Of a stretch of 64,000 nt of DNA, positions 48,981-63,600 are shown in pieces (position 1 is the stretch's first letter; each line of letters starts with the position of its first letter). The translations under genes and the position numbers were made by a program. The stretch comes from Bugula neritina (lineage: Eukaryota > Animalia > Bryozoa). The notes beneath the pieces were generated by a model. That model searched no databases. It worked only from the letters and a program-made list of their open reading frames with translations, and was not told the DNA's origin. The stretch covers positions 4,227,628 to 4,291,627 of the forward strand of contig OZ037771.1 of assembly GCA_964035545.1 (NCBI GenBank). Reading direction: 5' to 3'.

Positions 48981-51900
48981 ATGAAAATTCAAGAAGCTTT
49001 ACTGGGCTGTGCTCGGAGAACCCCTCTTCTCAAGGTTAGTGAGTATATCCACATGTGTATTGTTTTTAGGTGATGAAACTGAACTCTTACATTTTCATCT
49101 AGTTTTATTTATCAATATTTAGTTATTTTTTATGATTCTGATCAGCTGAAAAAAATAGTCACGTATCTAAATAATTGTATAAGCTGTGCTTAAAGAAAAT
49201 GATAACAAATAAAATACATTGAAAGCTATAATTTTTGACAAAATAGATTACCTTCTTTATGTTTATTTAGAACTTTTAGCATTTGTTTGATGCTGCTTTT
49301 TGAACACCACTGAGTCTATTAAATTCATGAAGAAATCATTTTGAAAACATCGCTTCTTAATTACTAAAGATAACCTAAAAAAAATAATGAAATAATAGCA
49401 AGCCTATTCAGTAATATTTTTTGCTCATGGACTTAAAAAAAATGTTATACCTTTGCTAATGAATCATGGACTCTAACATTCTGATTTAAAAGAAGTATAC
49501 TTAGTCGTTAGTGATAATATGATTTAAAACCCTCAACTGCCTTAACTTTGAAAGGCAATTTGTATCTATTCAACATTTTTATATAAGAAATATTTTACGT
49601 GAAAGACTCGTTTTTCACAGCCCCTTAAAATTATAATTTTAGATTAGCTAGTTTAAAAATACGGTATAAAACAAAACTATCGCCGGTCGAATCAGTTTGT
49701 GAATCTCTTGAAATAACAATCTATTCAGGAAATCTATAAATGAATTATAAAACAATTGAATTACTGAAGAGTTAATTTAAAACTGTTGGTATGCTTCTGT
49801 CATGAAACCTGAAAGAGTTGGAATATATTTATTAGCTTAGCATTAAGTAGTACTCTGCTAGTTGCTCTGCACTTTACTGATAGAGGATTTGTTAATCTAA
49901 GAATTCATTCTTCAGTCAACTGATTTCTTTCGTAACTAAGGATGAATATGCAGGCACAGCACACATTTTTCATGCATTATGACAAGATTTTTAGCTAAAC
50001 TTGTATAAGCACTAATTTATGACCTGACTGCTGGTCTTGCCGTTATATTAGACCTGCGTGTTTCCAAATTATCCATCAAACAGAAGCTTCTTCGGCCTGT
50101 TCTTTTTTTGTCTAAAATTCATGTTTGTGAGTTTCTTTCACTAGGTTATTTATGCATATGCTGTAACCATTATTAATCTAAATTACTTATACACTAAATC
50201 TAAGTGTGAATTTCTTTTTCATGCTGATATACATTAATATGCTGTTGTAGTTTTTATGTCATACCAGCATTGTCCAACAATGTTCATTGCAGACACTTGT
50301 ACCATATGTATAGATTATATACGATTTCTTTATAGAGGTGTGTGTCACCTGTACGCCCAGACAAGAGAATAGTCTACCTGGGAGGTAGATATGTAGATAT
50401 TGATGGAGAAGAAGCTACTGTGGATCAGAAGTACTGTGATAACACTGTAACCACATCCAAGGTACAGTTCACCCGTGCCTTTCTCTTCATTACTTTATAT
50501 TGTGATAGTTGAACAAGCTAACTAACAACGAAAGTTTCCTTTGACTTCTAGTTGTGTTTGGAGTCTTTTTACTCACTTTTGTAGGTTTATATGTGCTATA
50601 GGCTTGCATCATATGTTTGTGCAACATTTGCTACACACACTTGTGACGTACACACAACTGCAACATCTGCTATCTGAATGATTCAATCTGAAACCATAAC
50701 TTTATATTCAAATCTGTTTTTGCTACCCACTTAACTCTTAATGTTTATGTGAAATGGGAATCTGTCAAATTTCATTTGGGATGCTTTATATTTAGCTACA
50801 TATCTGCTTTTTCCTTTTTGGAAAGTGAAATTCTAACATTTTAATATTATTATTATTACGTTTTGAAAATGCTGAGTTAGTAAAATTTTGCCCTTATTTA
50901 TGATATCCTTTTATATTCCTAACTCTTGTAAGAAACCTTAAACTATAGTAGCACACCATTCACTCATGTAAGCTGCTATATTCTGCTATGCATATAGGGA
51001 TAACAAAAGCAACACTAACTCCCAATGTTCCTGAATATTGTTATTGTTACCGCTGGCAAGTCACCAAACACTGTCCCTGACACGTTTATACAAATAATTA
51101 GCAATATTGATGTTGTTAGTGCCATTGTGACTGAATGAACATTGAATATCTCTCTGATTGTAGTACACGGCTTGGAATTTTATCTTCAAAAATCTATATG
51201 AACAATTTCTAAGAATAGCCAACTTTTACTTCCTGGTAGTGGCTGTTTTGATGGTGAGTAACGGAGCACTATTGATTACTGTACTTTAGGAGCTTGTTGC
51301 ACACAATAGGGTTTTATATGGCATTAATTACCCCACACTTATGTCATACTCACATACACACACTATAATATATTTAAGTATCAAGTCTATACATTGTATG
51401 ATTACGCACATGGATTCCTCTGTGTAGGTATACCAGGTTGCAACACAATTTTTTTTCTAATTTCCTTAAGTTATGGGATGTTGTTAAATATTAAAATATG
51501 AAGTAGTCCAGTTTGTGTTGTATGTAAGCTATGATAGGATATGAGAACTAGTAATAGCAATAGTTGACTATTAGTAATAATACTAGCGAATTGACATTGA
51601 TAGATTGATTTTCATCACAGATATTCAATGGTAATGTGAATAAAATATATAGATATAACTTAAGGTATATGCAGATACACGATAATCACATTGATACTTT
51701 TATGAAAATATCGTTGTGCTGGTTTATGTATTGTAAACCTTTCGGCTGCGTATGTGATTAATTCACCATCTAGATAGCTTTAAAATCTACTTCATATAGA
51801 ATTAGATGATGTCAACCTAGTTAATGGCGTTGTTATATAATATTATTGATAGATAATTCATATGTCATCTGATTATGATCAGACATATAATATGGAGACC

Positions 51901-54900
51901 CAGCTGGTAGTCAAAGCTGCAGATAATGTTTGCCAAGTCAATGACTAATCATGTCAGGCTAGGCAAAAAATTTCAAGTCACAGTTTATATTTGGGTTAGG
52001 CATCAAAGCAGATTTAACTTTCACCTCACCATACTAATTTTTTGAAAAGATATTTGACGAAATTCCTGAAGTGGAAATCTTATTTTATTAGATATTTTTT
52101 CAATTTTGTGCTCAAAAACACTCTATTTTTCTTCAAGGCAATCAATTATTCTCTTCAAACTAAGAAATTCACATGAAAATTTGCCTAGAACTTCTTTTGA
52201 AAATGTCTTGCTTTTTTCTTGCAATGGATTTTTCAGCATCCAGGCAGCTATATATAGTCAGGGTTATACATCTGGTGTAATTGATGGAGAGCCCTACAGG
52301 TTTTCCCCGCATTTTTAACTTTAAGTTGCTAGGTTCGGCCTCATGAATGCTATTAGTTAATCAACATCTCCTGTCAAAATTCATAGCCGTGTAAAGGAAG
52401 TTCATGGGATATTCTGCTGGGTTATGGAGTATCATGTGATTGTTGAAATTCTTCTTCTAGCCGGTATACTATTAAATAACCTAGTTTGTACTAACCAGTA
52501 TAATACTAGTCTAGTCTGCTAAAGTCATTCCATCTGTTGCTCTTTAACTTAGCCGATCTAACAGTAGATGGATTCAAAATTTGCTAAAGTGAATTTGAAA
52601 TGAATTTTGGTTTGTTGAAGATTTTTTAGCCTTAGTTTAGCCATATGCTAGTGTGCTGATTGAGAGTGTTAGTAGACACCCCTTATTATGTAATATTAAA
52701 AAAATATAATCTGATGAATCAAGTTTTTACAGGGAATTATGTCTCAGTAAATAAATTCTCAATTCCTTGCTAGATATTCCCATTAAAGTTGAAAGTGCCT
52801 TATTACAATTCAATAAAATCCTATTATATAATCAATGAAATATTATTTTTATCATATTTATAGAACTTTTTATGCATATTTCTACATTGCAGTTTGTTGT
52901 GCCTAACACTCCTGTTAGTCCAGTTACCAGTGCCTTGCCATTGGCCTTTGTCCTGGTAGTCACAGCCCTGAAACAAGTAAGCAGTCATATTAACTCAGTC
53001 TTTGTAACCCCTGATATGAGGGTGCAACTCCCAACTCTGTTTATGTTTATATTTGCTCATGTATTTTTGTAATAGTGGTTTAGTTTGTGTGAATATTTTA
53101 CAAATAATCACTAAGAATTCGTATTCTTCAGGCGTATGAAGATTACTTGCGTCATCAAGAAGATAAAGTTGTCAACTTGCGAGAGTATGAGGTCATCAAG
53201 GATGGCCGACTGACGACTATAAAGTCGCATACTATACAGGTGAGGCTTGTTTATTTCAGCTTACGATGCTGCCTAAAAAGAGCGAACTGTTGCAGCGGTG
53301 CCCTTGTGTTACATGGTATGGAATATATACATATACTATGTCCTTGACGTTGAGTAACAGCGCATCTCTGTGGAATTTCTCAGTCTATAATAGTCTATAC
53401 CAGACTACGTACACATATTGTTAATATTGATCAGGTTGGCGATATAGTTAAGGTCAATGACAACGAGCAGTTCCCGTGTGACCTGGTCTTACTATCTAGC
53501 AGTGACGACCAGGGACAGTGTACTATACAAACGGCAAACCTGGATGGGGAGACGAATCTCAAGGTACATCGTCTAATAATATTATATTATCTCTGTTATA
53601 TAACAGTAAATCTCATTCATATGTATGAATGTTATGTGTATTATTATTTATAGTAAATTTATTTTCATACCTTAGTATCAACCTCCATATTCGCAATGCA
53701 TGCTTTTTCTTGTTGCATTTCTTTTAATAGGCTAAGGATTTTATTACTGCTACAGCAGTTCAATTATTTACACTAAGTTTGTCATAGTTTTAATTTTTGG
53801 TTTATAGGAAGCGGCAAAGTAAACTTTTATTTTGTGAGCTGTAAAATGTGTACAGTTAATTACATGAACGTTTAGAAGGCAATCATTAGAACATGATGAT
53901 ACTGTATTTATTTCATATTTTTTAATAAATATAATATTTTTTATGAGTTGTTTAGGTTTGCTGTGTTATTTAGAGTAATTTTTTAAATTTAACCAAACAC
54001 TAAAGCATGCATATATTTATTTTAAATATTTATTTATTTATTATTTTTTCCGTCATGCATGCAGTATTTGATTTTATTTCAGACATTTATCTGTGTGCCC
54101 GAGACTCGTTCCTTAGACACCCCCCAGCAGCTGGATAACATCCAAGGCTATATAGACTGTCAGCAGCCAATCACTGACTTGTATAAGTTTGTGGGTAATA
54201 TCATACTTCTGAATAGTTCTACGGCTCCCGTAACCAAGGCTCTACTGGCTCAAAATATTCTGCTCAGAGGTGCCAAGTTAAAGAACACAAGCTATATCTA
54301 TGGTGAGCTTTACGTCAAGTTGTATGTAGTTGTCTTCTCTTGTATTGATGAATATAGGCCCGACTTTACTAATGTTATATTTTCTGTTTACATTTCCTTG
54401 TTCATTGCATTAGCTTTTGAAATGTTGCTACTAAGTAGAAAGGGGAAACTTTGTGACCGAAGATAAATTAGAGAAAAGTTTACATAAAAACTACCCCCCT
54501 CCCCCGAAAAATGACAAAACAAAGTATACATAAGAACTGCACCAGGAAAAACGACAAAACAAAATTTATAAGAACAAAAGGATGTATTGAATAGAAATGA
54601 ACAAAAGTGCTCATGAATACACAACACATATCCTTTTTTTGACCAGAATTTTGGTGGCTAATTAGCCCAATGGAAAGGAGAAATGCTGTTAGGATCTAAT
54701 TTAATACCCGTTCTGTTATCTTGGGTCTCTAGCTTTTGGATCAATTGCTTCTTCATTAAATAAAATAACCCAAATTTTTTTAAAAATTTTTCCAACCGCG
54801 ATTTTTTAATCCTCAAAGCTTAGAATAAGATAACTTTAGCTGTAGGTTGCACTTATGTGTGGTTATAGTATATAATTTAATATAGTACACACGTATGTGT

Positions 54901-57900
54901 TGGTGTTTGAAGGATGTGCCATATACACTGGACCGGACACTAAACTGGCTCTCAACTCGGTTATAAAGTCTGGTAAAAGATCATGTGTAGAGAAGTGAGT
55001 AACTGCCCAGCTACTGTGTGTACGCAGTCCTAATATCTATACTTTATATTCTCTTCTGTAACTTTGCCTCATGGGAATTGGTCGACTGAAAGACAATGTA
55101 CTATTAAATTGAACATTTATGCATTTTTTGCATCTGTAGAAATTGTATTCTAAAAACTTTGTTGATTTGATTTTGTTGTATCGGTTATATTTTGTAGTGA
55201 TGCTTATGCATAATTAGCCTGAAAATTATAGCAAAATAAATTTTCTCACAACCTTGACTAGCTTTTAGATTTCCCATGCCAGGTGGTAGATGACTTTATT
55301 GATAAAATCCCAGCTGTATGTTTAATCTGAAAGCTGTTTTCAGCCATATCTCTTTCTGGTCATCCATTGCCATATATTTTACAGGAAGTTGAACACGTAT
55401 CTTCTTTTCTTCCTGGGTTACATGTTCGTGCAGTGTGCCCTGTCTACCATACTGCGACATCTCAACTTAAGCCATGACTGGAAGAATCCAGACGGTACCA
55501 GATCTCAGTGGTATATCCCATTTCTGTTTGACTATGGAAATCCCCAAGGCGACGACACTGTAGGTTATTTTCCTTCATACTTGGCGTTGCTACATGCAAC
55601 ATATGAGTTTTGTTATACCTTTGGTTATCGGTGGAAAGTCTGCAACAAGTTTGTTTGTTTTCATCAACATAATATTTAGAAAAAAGCGAAATGCAAAAAA
55701 AGTAATTATGAGACCCAATGCGCTATACTCTGTAGTCTAGCTAGTCATCTGCAGGTCAACAAGTGTTTCTTGCATCAACCTGTTATGATAGCAGCCTGAT
55801 TAATTTTATTCTATATGAAAAAACCTCGCACAAGTTTATATCCACTAACCCTGATGGAAGTGATTTTTTTAAAGCGGACTAAAGACTTTTGCTAATATGA
55901 CACAGGAGCAATCATGACCGAATGCTCTTCCTAACATCACCGCCGATCTTTGAGCTCGAACCACTGACCTTGTGTTTACTAGGCCAGCACTTTAACCACT
56001 ACATCATGACTGCTCTCTGCTTTTATTTTTTATGTGGGGTTGTAATTTACAGTCGTAAATGCCGGACTCTGTATTGTCTGTTAACTGTGTCCCAGTATTC
56101 ATATTTTAACTTCATTTTAACTGCTGCATAGCAATCCTGTAGAATAACATATATTAGTATTACAGTGTTCGTAATGACATTTGTTATTAACATGTAATGA
56201 TGCTTGTTTTTATACATGAGAAATGGGAGTATCTCCCCTGTAGTCCTTGTATCCGATATTTAGGTAACCTTGACATTGATTCTCTTTGTAGAGCTTACAA
56301 CAGTTTATAGACTTTCTATACTTTTATATAATCTACAATTATGTGATCCCAATCTCTCTGTATGTAACTATAGGTAAGTAATATATGTAATATGTGACAC
56401 CTTTTACCCTGTATGTAAGTAATATACGATATTATGTAACATATGACACCTTTTACTCTGTATGTAAATAGTATACAATATGTGTGACACCTTTTTACTC
56501 TATATGCAAGTAATATACAGTAATATGTAGTATATAAGTTACAGAGCACCCTTACCCTTCATAATACTAGACACAGTAGTAAGTTACACTTACCTTTGGT
56601 AGCACTACATATACAATAGTAAGTTACAGAGTCGGTTCTGTACTGTAGAGTTGCAGAAGTTTATTGGTTCACTCTTCTTTGGATTTGATGTGGAGATGTA
56701 CGATGAAACTATTGATGAGCGTGCCAAAGCCAACACCTCAGACCTGAATGAAGAACTCGGACAGGTTTGTGTTGAGTAATTTTCTTCTCTTGTCTGGGTT
56801 CGCTGTTGGGGCGCTTGTCTAACTCTAGGTCTATAGACCTAGCTCCACAAGGTAATTAGTGGAAGAGCGTTCTTATAAAAAACACTCAGGCAAGTTTATA
56901 GCTCCTACCCCTGTGAAAACCCCTAATGGAAAGGGTTTCTAAGCGAGCTAAGGACTTATTCATATGTGGCACAGGAACAATAAATTAGTTTATATAATAG
57001 TGCAAACATTTTCTCTCAGCAATATGAAACTGTAAGCACCATTTTGTTTGTTTACTGTTTACTATAATTATGATATCCTGTGTTGTGTATACATGTATAT
57101 CTATTTGTTATATAATATCCATTATGCTGTGTGTATGCAACTTCCATCAGCAATCTGGTCTCTTCTTTTATAGGTTGACTACCTTTTCTGTGATAAAACT
57201 GGTACTCTCACTGAGAATGAAATGCAGTTTAGACAGTGTTCTATAGATGGTAAGCTGTATGTTGAGGAAGGGGGTATGTTTGTACCCAACCAGCGAGTTC
57301 AAATGGAGATGGCCGCTGCTAAAACAGCGAGAGAATTGCAGCGGACTACAAGTATAGGGTCAGCAGCGTCAAACACCCAGCCCGCTGTCAGCCCCGTGGC
57401 AGCACATGACAATGTTGACGGAGTGAGTTCTGAGTTCATTCAACTTCTTTTATCTGCAACATCAATATTTTCTCAAGAATCATTTCAATGCTTTAAATTT
57501 ATCAAGTTTAGCATAATAATTCATGTTTTTATTTGAACTTTTATTAATTATATTGTTTTGTAATATAATTAATGAGTATGACCTTGCTCACTGTTGATCT
57601 CGGTCTTTATACATTTTCAAAAAAGGTTTAGATTAACACATGATGGTCATCTGCACTTGCTGGATGGTGACATAGAGCACCTTACTAGCACCTGCACTAG
57701 CACCTTGCTTCAACCTGCAATATACTGACAGGCTTGTTTATGTGACATGTGACAGAATTTTGAAATAAATCAATTTCTTTGCAGATTTCTACGAGTCCTT
57801 TCTTCGAGGTGCTGTCGCTCTGTCACACTGTACAGATTGAATTGCCTAGCAACGGCACAGCTCCTGACAGCAATCATGATAACATTGAGCAAGTGGACCC

Positions 57901-59417
57901 TGTTGAGCGCACTGATATGGACGAAGTAGACGGAGTCCATTATAAATATAATGCTTCTTCTCCAGATGAAAAGGCATTAGTGGAAGCTTGTAGAATGTAT
58001 GTGGATATTTGTTATGTTTAAATATAAAACCTGTTTGAAAAGTTACCTCTGAAGGATTAGTAGTTGAGTTAGCCTAATTTCTGGTTAGTTTCAACTTTAA
58101 ACTTTTCTTGTCATGTCATCATCTGGTTCTGTATGTTTCGTAACTCTACTAGGTTCTGTATGTCTCGTAACTCTACTAGGTTCTGTATGTTTCGTAACTC
58201 TACTAGGTTCTGTATGTCTCGTAACTCTACTAGGTTCTGTATGTCTCGTAACTTTACTAGGTTCTGTATGTCTCGTAACTCTACTAAGTTCTGTATGTCT
58301 CGTAACTCTACTAGGTTCTGTATGTCTCGTAACTTTACTAGGTTTGGGATTGTTTACCACGGCTCCAAAGACAATCAGCTCCACGTGACGTTTCATGGCA
58401 AAGCTCGAGCATACAAGCTGCACGAAGTTCTGGAGTTTGACTCGGACAGGAAATGCATGAGTGTTATTATAGAAAATGATGAAGGTAAGTTGAGATGGTA
58501 GTGGCATAGTCTAAATCAATATGTGCTTGCAGTTGTAATGCTTAGAATAATACCGTAGTTACAGTAACTCACACTTTGTTTAGTTTTTACTATTAAAATC
58601 TGCTTTCATTTTGGATGAATATGTATGGCAATTCTAAAATGGATATTAGAGCTTCGAGAAATAAATTTGCTGCCGGAGTCAGGTGTCATGCAGAAAGCAG
58701 TGTCTGCTGGGGTGAAAACTGGGCTATATATTTGCTTGCCAATATTATCAACGGTTTTATTTTTAAAATCCTTATTTTTGATTAGTTGAAAACCAGTGAT
58801 ACATCTCGGTAGTAAAAATGCTGGTAAACAGTCAATTCTTCAAGTCACCCACAGGGTATTAGCAAGAGAAGTGAATTCCGAAAGGTTCTGTAAACCGGTA
58901 TTTTTGGAATGGGTAATTCTAGAAATTTCACTCATCTCAACTAGAAGCTAAGGAGTTGTGTTCTCTTCATCCTATCTGCAATAAGTGTTGTGCTGACTGG
59001 ACCAAGAAGGAAGTTAAGGAAGGAAGTGAGACATGAGCCATTGAAATGAGAATAAACACTGAATAAAAAAAGATAATCATCACTCCGGAATAAAACACTA
59101 GATATATTATCTAGATGAACACATCTTTATTTCATGGAAGCATCAAAAATCTCTTCTGCTTCATTGTTAAATATGTAATCATAAAAATCCGTTCAAACGT
59201 TTGGTACATTTAGGTGCAGACTTGGTGTTAGGACGTAGTAGTTGGGTTTTGTATGTGTTAGTAGTGAGCTGATTGGATAGTCCTTATGTTAGCATTGTTC
59301 TGATTGGTTGCAGGTGAATACCAGGTGCTATGTAAGGGGGCAGAGTCTGCTGTACTGAAGAGGTGTGTCAGTGGTCCAGTAGACATCACAATTGAACATG
59401 TCGACTACTTTGCCAGT
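48981..59417 (+). CDS. ATP11B: P4-type ATPase phospholipid flippase, ATP11-like; 5' part only (15 exons), presumably continuing beyond the window
   Basis: Exons 48981-49034, 50336-50461, 51164-51253, 52893-52976, 53132-53239, 53435-53563, 54083-54302, 54913-54994, 55385-55559, 56292-56373, 56649-56764, 57174-57422, 57785-57996, 58342-58484, 59314-59417. Motifs [78 protein letters not shown]11A/B/C paralog assignment is approximate. Confidence 0.93.
55820..56015 (-). mobile_element. tRNA-derived SINE, near full length
   Basis: Minus strand has box A-like TGATGTAGTGGTTA and box B GGTTCGAGCTC, followed by a body shared with other copies. Confidence 0.75.
56884..56982 (-). mobile_element. SINE 3' fragment
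   Basis: Reverse complement matches tgtgccacatatgaa..gtccttagc..aaaccctttccat.aggggttt..caggg..ctataaacttg of 63348-63433. Confidence 0.7.
58126..58341. repeat. 27-bp tandem repeat x8 ending at an ATP11 acceptor site
   Basis: Unit gttctgtatgtctcgtaactctactag; the last copy's AG (58340-58341) abuts the conserved exon. Confidence 0.95.
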
Positions 59418-60662
59418 GTAAGTTATTATAGTGTATCTTGTGATGACTACGTAAAGAGTTTTCCTCACTACATAACTCTGCATACAAACTTGGAAAATAT
59501 TCTTTTACGGTATAGAGTAATGTGCTTATATTTCATCATGTCTTGTACCTTGTCATAGATGCAAGAAAATTCCTCTAAATCCAACCATAATTTAGGTTTC
59601 CCGTCCTTTTAGTTCTACCGTAAAATAGGGTATCACCTTAGGGTCAAAAGCTGGAAACATTTATCTTAGCTGTCTGGAAATATTTTCAGTATAACCTGAT
59701 AAAAAGTAATGAGGGGGTATTTTGTAATCAAAAACTTTTAAAAGTTCTTAATGCAAATTTCGGGACCCAAGTTGGTTATATTTCAAAATGAAGTATTTCA
59801 AAAAGCCAGTTCTGCTGATGAAAAAACTTTAAAAGTTCCTTTTTCCCACTTCTGATTTTTTGTGAAATGTTGCAATACCAACCGCTGATTCGCAGATTGG
59901 TAACGCAACCTTGTAGTTGTAGATCAATATGATTTCATCTGCAGCTTGGATGAGAAATATATGCAAAGTTAGTAAACTATCATAAACTAGCCACGAAATG
60001 CAAATTTTATTCAACTGTATTAGCATGTGACAAAATCATAAATTATGTTATTCACGTAAAAGTACAAATTCTTTTCAAACTCAGCAAAATAGTATATATG
60101 TAAGATTTAAAACATAATATTTTTTAATTATGAAATTGTTTCCATGTATCTCGAGTTTGAAGAAGTAATGAAATAATTGGATAATAACCAGGTTTGTTGG
60201 CATGTCTTAAGCTGAAGTAGCTCACCTATTAAACAAGGTAATTTTACTTAAAGAATAAAAACTGCATAAGTAACTCATCATTGGAGATGGAGTATTGTTC
60301 AACTAAATAAAGGATAAGAAAGTAGTGCAATGATATTTATATAGAAAAGTTGACGTAAAGCAGTCTATAATCTACTAACTGTAGTAAACCTAGCTACTAG
60401 ATACTTTAAAAATATATTTTATGGTAATAAACCCTTTATACTATTGAAATTCAACTTATTCGCTACCAACCCATGTTTATATAAAAATTATGATCTAATG
60501 ATTTGTTCTATTAGATATCAGCTCAGTTTTATTCCAGCAAAAATCACTTAAAATTGTTCTAGTGCACAATGTTGAAGAGACTGAATGTTGTTGTGACCGG
60601 GCACACAGTTCATGGAATGTTAGTTATAGCAAGAGTTAGCTCCTCAAATTCTTTGATTCTAC

Positions 60663-63600
60663 TCAGAACTTTGCTTTTTCTATAATTTCTATCTCGTTTG
60701 ATGGTCTCCAGACGCTCCTCGACATGCTGGCGTTCAAGTCGCTGCCACCAGCTTCTTCTGCGCCCTGCTGCTGACTTCCTCTAGAAATAATTAACAGCGC
60801 AGGTTTAATGAACGTTCACCAGGTGACATACTCTACATGCAAGAAAAATGAGGCTTAGCTGTTATATAGGGATAACCAGGTCATGTTGACATATCGCTAT
60901 GACAACTATGACAATAGTGCCTGTATTTGTTGCAGCTTTAATATCTTTGACATTTACTATTAAAGAATAATTGTTATGTCAGTAATTAATTCCACAAAGA
61001 CAAGGAAGTGTTGACAGTTGACAAAACACGAGGGATTTGATATGTTGGCGGGTGAGGTACCTAGAAGTGTACGTGTAGTCTTGACTTACCTAGTCTTACT
61101 CAAAGTAGCGTAGGTGTAGTCATTCTCTGTCGGAGGAGTTGGAGATCTCTCTGGAAGGGGTGGTGTGGGTACTGGTAGCGGTGGGGGTGCAGGGGGTGGG
61201 GTGGGTGAACGTTGGTCAGTTTCCGGAGTATCGAAATGGGGTCTAATTATTAGTGGTGGCGTAGGGGGAGCTGAGGGGGGTGTTGAGGGCTCACTGGGGG
61301 CATCCAGATCCGTCACTGGAGTGCCTGGTAGAAGGGGTGGAGGTGTTTCCTCGTACTGCGCCACGTCATCGTAGTAGGCGGTTGGCTTGTATGTTACGGA
61401 GTCGGGCTGCGGAATATTAGTCAGATACTCGTACAAACATGTAACAGGTTGGTTAACATCAGTACAAGACACAGTGATATTTTTACTTTATGCTGTCTTA
61501 CATCTAAAGGGTTTGGACACAACTTTTCTCTCTTAATTCTGATAAAAGTAAAAAAACTTGTGTTGGTTCTGTTCTCTTTCTTCACCAGTTGATGATATTT
61601 ATTCAAAATTTACTAGTTAGTTGTTTTTGCTACTGAATTTAAATTAAAAATGGCCGGGTGTGAACTTAAGTGACTCACCACACACACACAAGTAATAACT
61701 CACAAATCACAATTACAAAGCATACAGTTTTTTGGTACAGCTGATTGCACACTGGACATTTCACGAGTGGAAAAAGCATAACTCCCTACCATAATTTCAG
61801 CATCATCTTGGAAAGCCTCATTGGTGTGGCCAGTAGTTAGGTCTTCGACATGCACATCAGCTGCTGCGTTCACCTCTGTTTGAGGCTCTACTGCCTCACT
61901 TTCGCCCTCGTCTATTAAAGTATTGATTACATTCAAGTAAACGTTGCTACCGGCATCAGAAAGTTTACATTAAAATGACGCCAAAATACATTTAGTTCAT
62001 CTGCTTTGTTGCTATGCATCTAGGAGTTAGGCAAGTACATTACCTTCATGTTTTTAAGTTACATGCAATGAAAACCTTGTGAGTGACTTGCGAACCTTGA
62101 AATATTTAAGAATTGTAAGGCAGCGATTAGCATTGAATAAAGTTTATTTTTCAACAAAAACCTCACAAAACATATTAATCAAGTTAAATGTTCTAGCATT
62201 GTCTATACATGTATCCTGCATCTAATAACTCCTATTATGGCTACCGCAGCTTAATAATAGGAGTTGTTAGCTCTTGGTACCAAGCACAGCTCATGCAGCG
62301 TATAAACTAATGTGTAGCTGTAGCGACGCACCTGGTTGGGTTCGTATCACCTGTCGTTGTGAGCCGTTGGCGTCTGTAAACGTCACTGTTATTTCAGAGG
62401 GATCTGTATTAGAGTGAGCAGAGTTTAAGAGCAAGAAGCATGCCATGCTATGCTAAGTTGCTACTAGTATTGATTATAATAGTTCAAATGATCAGACAGG
62501 GTTGCCCATAAACGTTTTTAGCTAGCCAATAAATTTAGGTTTAGAAGTGTTGTTGCACACTTTTTCAACATAACCAAAGTGTTTGTTGTGTTAGTTTGTA
62601 AAAACATAGTTGCATTGGTTTGGACTTTTAGAAAAAAATAGATTGAAAATCATAAAGAAAAGTTATGAACATGTATAATTATATTTGTTTAATAGTGAGG
62701 TCAGTAAATAAATAGGTAAATAGGTCAACTTATAACTATGTCACTGAATGCCATTTTGAACCTTGTTTCTCAAAGCGTTACTTAAAAAGGTTACTGTGTT
62801 TTATAATTAGGAAGATAGGTAGTGTGTACTAGTTGGGGACATTTTATATTAGTTGTAACTATTTTGTTGAAAATAAGTATGAGGTTGAAAATCTACAAAC
62901 TGCATTTTACAGTTCAACATAGCATTGCATGCGTGTAAGTCAGATAAAGCTAGGAAATAAGGAGTTATGTTATCTTACCTTGTGGACTCGCCATTGACTG
63001 GTTACCTGTAAAAGGTATTAGAAAGTGTCAACTGGTAGCTGCTTTCACAAATTTAGTAATTAAATTACGTTAATAGTCAGGGAATTAGCACTGATAGTAA
63101 AGAATAATGCACTATTGTTTCTGCAGCCTATTTATAATAACATGTAGGTGTTATTATATGGATACTTTTTGAAAGAAAATGTAAATGGACTGTTTAAATT
63201 TGAATGTGAAACTGACTGTTGCTCCGAGGATTTAGTGAGGCTTGTTCTAGGGGTTAGAGCATCAGCTCAGTTAACGCAGGGTCGGTGGTTTGACTCTCAG
63301 TAAAAACCATCGGTGAAGTTAAAAAAGGGATTCAGTTATAATTGTGTCTGTGCCACATATGAAAAAGTCCTTAGCCTAATTAAAAAACCCTTTCCATCAG
63401 GGGTTTCTTGCAGGGAAAGTGACTATAAACTTGAGTGAATTTATGAAACAGACTCATGTGAGATAAAAGTTTGCTCTATGGGCGGGTAGTTGCTGTTGTG
63501 TAGCCTTCAGGTACAGAATACCTATGCACTTGTTAAGTTGGGTGCTTAAACAAATAAGTAGTTGTAGTGGGTGTAACTTGTATCATGTTCTATTATTCAT

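Noticed and set aside
55955-56015. tRNA gene (also 63237-63300)
   Set aside because: Box A/B present but no complete cloverleaf, and it continues into a repeated body, so it is a SINE head.
45273-58341. Tandem arrays as CRISPR-like loci
   Set aside because: Head-to-tail units with no unique spacers, no cas genes, and a eukaryotic intron context.
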